From an uncultured Candidatus Peribacteria bacterium (GTDB taxonomy: Bacteria > Patescibacteriota > Gracilibacteria > UBA1369 > 2-02-FULL-48-14): DNA of 46,064 nt. Each line of letters starts with the position of its first letter. Position 1 is the first letter of the stretch. Under the pieces are notes generated by a model. The model searched no databases, was not told where the DNA came from, and was given only the letters and a program-made list of their open reading frames with translations. The DNA is taken from assembly GCA_964359495.1 (NCBI GenBank), contig CAYHTG010000003.1, forward strand, positions 1 through 46,064. The letters are read 5' to 3'. Made by a program: the position numbers and the translations under genes. This document shows positions 42,181-46,064 of this stretch, piece after piece.

Positions 42181-42659
42181 GAACGAGTTTCTTCGGGCTC
42201 TATATGAATGATGCGAGTTTTAAAATCCTCGGTCTTCGGAATGGTGATGATGAGCATGTGCTCGTGCACGCGTGCATTGATGTTTTTTCTGTCGATGTGG
42301 TCGGGGAGCACAATGGATCGAGAGAAAGTTCCCCAAAAAAGTTCCCGTACGAGCGCTTCTTTGGCTTGAATTCCTTCGAGAGGTTTGCGCTCGCCGCGGA
42401 TGGTGAGTACGTCATCTTGAATGGCCACTTTGATTTCGGACTTCTCAACGCCCGCAATGGGGCAAATGATGATCATTTGGTCCTCGCGCTGCACAATATC
42501 CACGGAAAGTTGGCCTTCTTGTTCCACTTCTCCCGGCTTCTGGTTTTGGAGGATGCGGCGGGTACGCGAAAGGGGAGACCTTTTTTGGGTTTGGATTCCT
42601 ATTTGGGCCGGGTTGGTGGGTTTAGCGTGCCTGAGCTCGCCGATTCCAACTTGGTTCAT
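42177..42659 (-). CDS. Hsp20/alpha-crystallin family small heat-shock protein
   Basis: Alpha-crystallin domain: LSVDIVQREDQMIIICPIAGVEKSEIKVAIQDDVLTIRGERK...GTFSRSIVLPDHIDRKNINARVHEHMLIITIPK. Its stop overlaps the galU start (ATGA). Confidence 0.88.
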   Translation of the reverse strand: MNQVGIGELRHAKPTNPAQIGIQTQKRSPLSRTRRILQNQKPGEVEQEGQLSVDIVQREDQMIIICPIAGVEKSEIKVAIQDDVLTIRGERKPLEGIQAKEALVRELFWGTFSRSIVLPDHIDRKNINARVHEHMLIITIPKTEDFKTRIIHIEPEETRS

Positions 42660-42668
42660 GGCGACAGT

Positions 42669-43064
42669 TTAACGGGTTTTCGTTTTTTTATAAAGTCGAA
42701 GCAGTTGTTTGTCGAAAGTGAGGAGAGTCGCTTTGTAATCTTTGGCTAAACATAAGAGGGAAGCGTCAGTGAAAGAGATTCTACTTGGAATATGTTTAAA
42801 AAATTCAATTTCTCTTTGGACATGGTTATCTACGATATGAATGTTATTTACCGACTGCACATCTTCTAAGAAAGTTTGAGCTAAAGGTTTATCTACTCGA
42901 TAAGTAAGTATCGTGCTCACTTCTTGAATCACGCAGTAAGGGATGATCATTTCACTTCCCCCTATACTTTCAAATAAGAGAAAAGCTGCTTCTTTGGAAG
43001 AGTCATTCTTAATGTAAAGAGCGAGCAAAATACTACTATCAAGGATGTATCTATTTTGCTCCAT
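42669..43064 (-). CDS. vapC: PIN-domain ribonuclease toxin (VapC-like)
   Basis: YILDSSILLAL (Asp), VIQEVSTIL (Glu), ISFTDASLLCLA (Asp), LLTFDKQL (Asp). Confidence 0.8.
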   Translation of the reverse strand: MEQNRYILDSSILLALYIKNDSSKEAAFLLFESIGGSEMIIPYCVIQEVSTILTYRVDKPLAQTFLEDVQSVNNIHIVDNHVQREIEFFKHIPSRISFTDASLLCLAKDYKATLLTFDKQLLRLYKKTKTR

Positions 43065-43212
43065 ATAGGATTTGATCTACTCGGCTGGAAATGTTTACTT
43101 TTCTACTGCTTCCCGCTTTCTTCGCATGTTTACTTGCAAGTTCAGCAAGAGTAGGACCTTTATGGTCCTTTCTCACTCGAATCGTGTATTTTTCCAAGAA
43201 TTTAGTATTCAT
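43051..43212 (-). CDS. putative antitoxin (53 aa, absent from the ORF track), translationally coupled to the PIN gene
   Basis: Hand translation: MNTKFLEKYTIRVRKDHKGPTLAELASKHAKKAGSSRKVNISSRVDQILYGAK. Its stop TAG (43051-43053) lies 14 nt inside the PIN ORF. Size and position fit a VapB-type partner, but the fold is not identified. Confidence 0.5.
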   Translation of the reverse strand: MNTKFLEKYTIRVRKDHKGPTLAELASKHAKKAGSSRKVNISSRVDQILYGAK

Positions 43213-43324
43213 GGGACTATTATAGGCTTTTCTTTAAAAGAACCAAACATGAAGATGTTTTACTGTTGTCAGGGGTGGATGACCGTCCATTTTAGTAGCC
43301 TACTTTTTAAACGGAGGTTTCCCG

Positions 43325-46064
43325 CTACACTTCGTTATGCGTGGTAGCCGGCTTGAGTTTCTTGCCTTCAAAAATGGCAATGAAATCTTCGCGGCTAAGG
43401 GTCTCTTTCTCGATGAGAGTTTTGGCAATGCGGTCAAGTTCCTTCTTATGTTTGGTGAGGGTTTCTTTAGCGAGTTTGTGGGCATTGTTCACAAAACCTT
43501 CCACTTCTTTGTCGATTTGCGCGGCTTTTTCTTCGGAGTAGTTTTTGGTGTGGCCGTAATCCCGGCCCAGGAAGACTTCATGGCTCTTTTCACCGAAAAC
43601 GGTGGGTCCCATCAGGTTGCTCATTCCGTATTCCGTCACCATGCGGCGGGCCATGCCGGACGCGCGTTCAAGGTCATTCGAAGGACCGGTGGAAACTTGG
43701 CCGTAGATCATTTCTTCCGCTACGTAACCGCCGAGTAGGGAAGCCATTTCATGTTCGAATTTTTCGCGAGTCACGAGGTGTTTGTCTTCATCGGGCACAA
43801 ACCAAGTGGAGCCCAGGGACATTCCACGCGAGATGATGGTGATTTTTCGCAGGGGATCGCATTCGGGGAGAAGATAGCCCACAATGGCATGACCGGTTTC
43901 ATGGTAAGCGGTGACCTCTTTTTCTTTTTTCGAAAGCACATGTGATTTACGTTCGGGTCCCATTTGAACTTTTTCCACGGACATTTCAATGTCGTGCTGC
44001 TTGATTTCTTTTTGGTTCATTTTAGCGGCCAAAATGGCGGCTTCGTTCATGAGGTTTTCCAAGTCGGCTCCGGAGAAGCCCGGCGTTTGTTTGGCGATTT
44101 GCCCCAGGTCTACATTTTTGGCAAGCGGCTTATTCTTGGCATGCACTTTCAGGATTTGCTCGCGGTCGTCAATACTGGGGCTGTCCACCACCACGCGACG
44201 GTCGAAACGACCGGGACGAAGCAGGGCGGGGTCCAGAACATCAGGGCGATTAGTATTGTGTAGCAAGAGAGGAGTTTGTCCTCCAAAAAAAGCTTCTTCT
44301 TGGCAACCACAAAAGTCATAGACATAATCGTTGTATGCTTTCTTTACAATTTTGCTGATTTTGAGGCGTTTAACGGTGGGAGTCGGACGATCAGGATTGA
44401 GCGGATTTTGACTCTTCCCAAAACCCAGTCGCCATGCTTTTGTTTCAGGTAAAGGATTCCCTCCGGCAATTCTTCTACCGGCGGGTACAATCCAGCTCCA
44501 TAGGTTTGATTTATAGCCCTGCATGCGTGACAGCCAGTTTAGTTCAAGGAGTAATTGGTAACTGACCGACGTGAGTTCAATGCGGCCTCGTTTGTCTTCG
44601 TGTCCATCTCCGTAAAAATATCCGCGAAAAAATTCAATAAAGTATTCTTGAGGTGCTTCAAACAGGAAGTTTGGAAGATGTTTTTGGTGGGCTCCCTTTC
44701 CACATTGCCGGATAAAAAATTCCGCAAGAGGTTTGCAGTGGTAAACGAGATTCACGGCATGAGGAGTTTGGTGACGAATTTCATCCGGCTCCAAGCCGAA
44801 AATAGTTTGCATGAGCGTTTTCACTTCTTCTATGTAAAATGTTTCTTTTTCGTTAAAGCAAAAATCCACTTCTTTTCGAGCGTAGCCCTCTGCCGTATAG
44901 TAGCCGAGTAGTCGACACAAATCGGGGCTGACTTGTACTTCTTCAGGGAGTGAGTGTTTAAAGTAAGCTCGAGAAGCTATGCGAGGTCGTCGATCCGTGT
45001 TTTGCCATTTTGATACCGTCGTTTGAGTAACTCCAACCAGAACGCCCACTTCTTTCTGACTTAATACGTCTTGATGGGCACGCACAAAATGATATTGGGC
45101 TTCTTCCCATAAATGTTCATTATAAACGGGCAGTATACGCTGGAATTTTTGACTAAATTGGTGAGCCCGGACTTCTCGTTTAGCGGAAGTTCGATTGGCG
45201 ATGTAAGGGACTTCCACTAGATATTCGCCGATTTTGAGCTTATCCACACGTTTGGCTTGCAGTCCTTGTTGGTTACGAATAAATACCGAATGGTTGCCTG
45301 TTGTGCGAAGCAAGCCTCCTTTGTGATGGATTTCATAAATTTCGTCGACTTTATGCCGGAATACACTGCGGACTTTTTTAAAAGCACTGCCTCCAAAGAA
45401 AACTTTGGTTCGCTTTTTTGTTTTTTTACGATACTTGGGCTGAAGACCGAGAACTTCAAGGTCGGGGCATAATTTTTCCATATTTTCCTCTCCTTCTTCA
45501 TAGTATGCATCAATGACTTCGGCAATTGGTTTCAATGCGTGGGTCCCATTTTCACGAACGAGCACCGGAGTATCTCCCGTGACGCTTGCTGCCATCACAA
45601 TCACATTTGTATTGGTTTCAAAACCGTCCATTTCGGTGAGGATTTGGTTCAGGGTCTGTTCCCTTTCGTCATGTCCTCCGCCGAGTCCCGTTCCTCGTTG
45701 GCGGCCCACGGCATCAATTTCATCAATGAAGACAATGCAGGGTGCATTGCGTTTGGCTTTTTTAAAGAGATCACGCACACGGCTGGCTCCCACTCCCACA
45801 AACATTTCCACAAACTCCGATCCGCTAATAGAGAAAAAGGGAACATTCGCTTCGCCGGCCACCGCGCGAGCGAGCAGCGTTTTTCCCGTGCCCGGGGCTC
45901 CCACGAGCATCACTCCTTTGGGAATTTTGGCGCCCATCGCCGTATACTTGGTGGGATTTTTCAAGAAATCTACAATCTCCACGAGTTCTTCTTTAGCTTC
46001 TTTCACACCGGCCACATCCGCAAAGGTCGTGCGTTCCTTCTCTTTGTCGTGCAAGCGGGCTGTC
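43325..46064 (-). CDS. ftsH: ATP-dependent zinc metalloprotease FtsH, 5'-truncated by the window edge and interrupted in-frame by an intein
   Basis: Walker [19 protein letters not shown], Walker [15 protein letters not shown] region [19 protein letters not shown], and the protease motif HETGHAIVG (HEXXH). The ORF is open to position 46064 (the track's M at 46054 is an internal TTG/Leu). Confidence 0.93.
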   Translation of the reverse strand, partial: TARLHDKEKERTTFADVAGVKEAKEELVEIVDFLKNPTKYTAMGAKIPKGVMLVGAPGTGKTLLARAVAGEANVPFFSISGSEFVEMFVGVGASRVRDLFKKAKRNAPCIVFIDEIDAVGRQRGTGLGGGHDEREQTLNQILTEMDGFETNTNVIVMAASVTGDTPVLVRENGTHALKPIAEVIDAYYEEGEENMEKLCPDLEVLGLQPKYRKKTKKRTKVFFGGSAFKKVRSVFRHKVDEIYEIHHKGGLLRTTGNHSVFIRNQQGLQAKRVDKLKIGEYLVEVPYIANRTSAKREVRAHQFSQKFQRILPVYNEHLWEEAQYHFVRAHQDVLSQKEVGVLVGVTQTTVSKWQNTDRRPRIASRAYFKHSLPEEVQVSPDLCRLLGYYTAEGYARKEVDFCFNEKETFYIEEVKTLMQTIFGLEPDEIRHQTPHAVNLVYHCKPLAEFFIRQCGKGAHQKHLPNFLFEAPQEYFIEFFRGYFYGDGHEDKRGRIELTSVSYQLLLELNWLSRMQGYKSNLWSWIVPAGRRIAGGNPLPETKAWRLGFGKSQNPLNPDRPTPTVKRLKISKIVKKAYNDYVYDFCGCQEEAFFGGQTPLLLHNTNRPDVLDPALLRPGRFDRRVVVDSPSIDDREQILKVHAKNKPLAKNVDLGQIAKQTPGFSGADLENLMNEAAILAAKMNQKEIKQHDIEMSVEKVQMGPERKSHVLSKKEKEVTAYHETGHAIVGYLLPECDPLRKITIISRGMSLGSTWFVPDEDKHLVTREKFEHEMASLLGGYVAEEMIYGQVSTGPSNDLERASGMARRMVTEYGMSNLMGPTVFGEKSHEVFLGRDYGHTKNYSEEKAAQIDKEVEGFVNNAHKLAKETLTKHKKELDRIAKTLIEKETLSREDFIAIFEGKKLKPATTHNEV
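44255..45586 (-). mobile_element. intein (444 aa) with a LAGLIDADG-type homing endonuclease domain, inserted at the FtsH sensor-1 motif
   Basis: Junctions are ...VIVMAA|[10 protein letters not shown]... and ...[10 protein letters not shown]|TNRPD.... Block B RTTGNH (TxxH). LAGLIDADG-like [10 protein letters not shown] and [10 protein letters not shown]. Terminal HN followed by a +1 Thr. Excision restores the canonical AATNRPD. Confidence 0.88.

Noticed and set aside
1-46064. Alternative genetic code (UGA recoding as in Gracilibacteria/SR1)
   Set aside because: Well-conserved genes terminate at sensible lengths on TGA as well as TAA and TAG. No conserved gene is broken by in-frame TGA codons.

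Overview
The window reads as a gene-dense stretch (about 90% coding) of a bacterial chromosome under the standard genetic code: long ORFs close on TAA, TAG and TGA, with no sign of UGA recoding. The many small hypothetical genes, the SLH-anchored surface proteins and a fermentative phosphoketolase/acetate module suggest an uncultivated small-genome lineage (CPR/Patescibacteria-like), but that placement is only inference. Core genes I recognise from motifs: a Xer-like tyrosine recombinase, comEC, tRNA-Glu(UUC), nth, the rpmH-rnpA-yidC-jag cluster (rpmH is missing from the ORF track), ackA, xfp plus an NDH-2-like oxidoreductase, pta, gltX, ftsK, secA, a polyprenyl-phosphate sugar transferase, galU, hsp20 and ftsH (5' end runs off the window). 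An RNase P RNA gene (rnpB, minus strand, about 39847-40212) is hidden under spurious ORFs. Accessory content: two PIN/VapC toxin-antitoxin loci, one carrying an extra degenerate antitoxin copy; a higBA locus plus an orphan higA paralogue, each promoter with its own TAACG..CGTTA palindromic operator; and a large TSP3/SLH surface protein with a near-identical 285-bp tandem duplication. The findings most worth a second look: (1) a 444-aa LAGLIDADG-type intein inserted exactly at the sensor-1 AATNRPD motif of the essential protease FtsH; (2) a roughly 90-nt hairpin repeat family present at two convergent gene junctions, whose copies differ by four compensatory base-pair changes; (3) homopolymer tracts at functionally sensitive positions (G7 at a frameshift in a DedA-like gene, C9/G9 in a promoter spacer); (4) a split N-formylglutamate-amidohydrolase-family gene; (5) a toxin-antitoxin cassette inserted within the phosphoketolase/acetate gene neighbourhood, directly upstream of xfp. 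I found no CRISPR array, no rRNA and no recognisable complete multi-gene defence system. All functional calls rest on motif recognition by eye and need HMM or BLAST confirmation.
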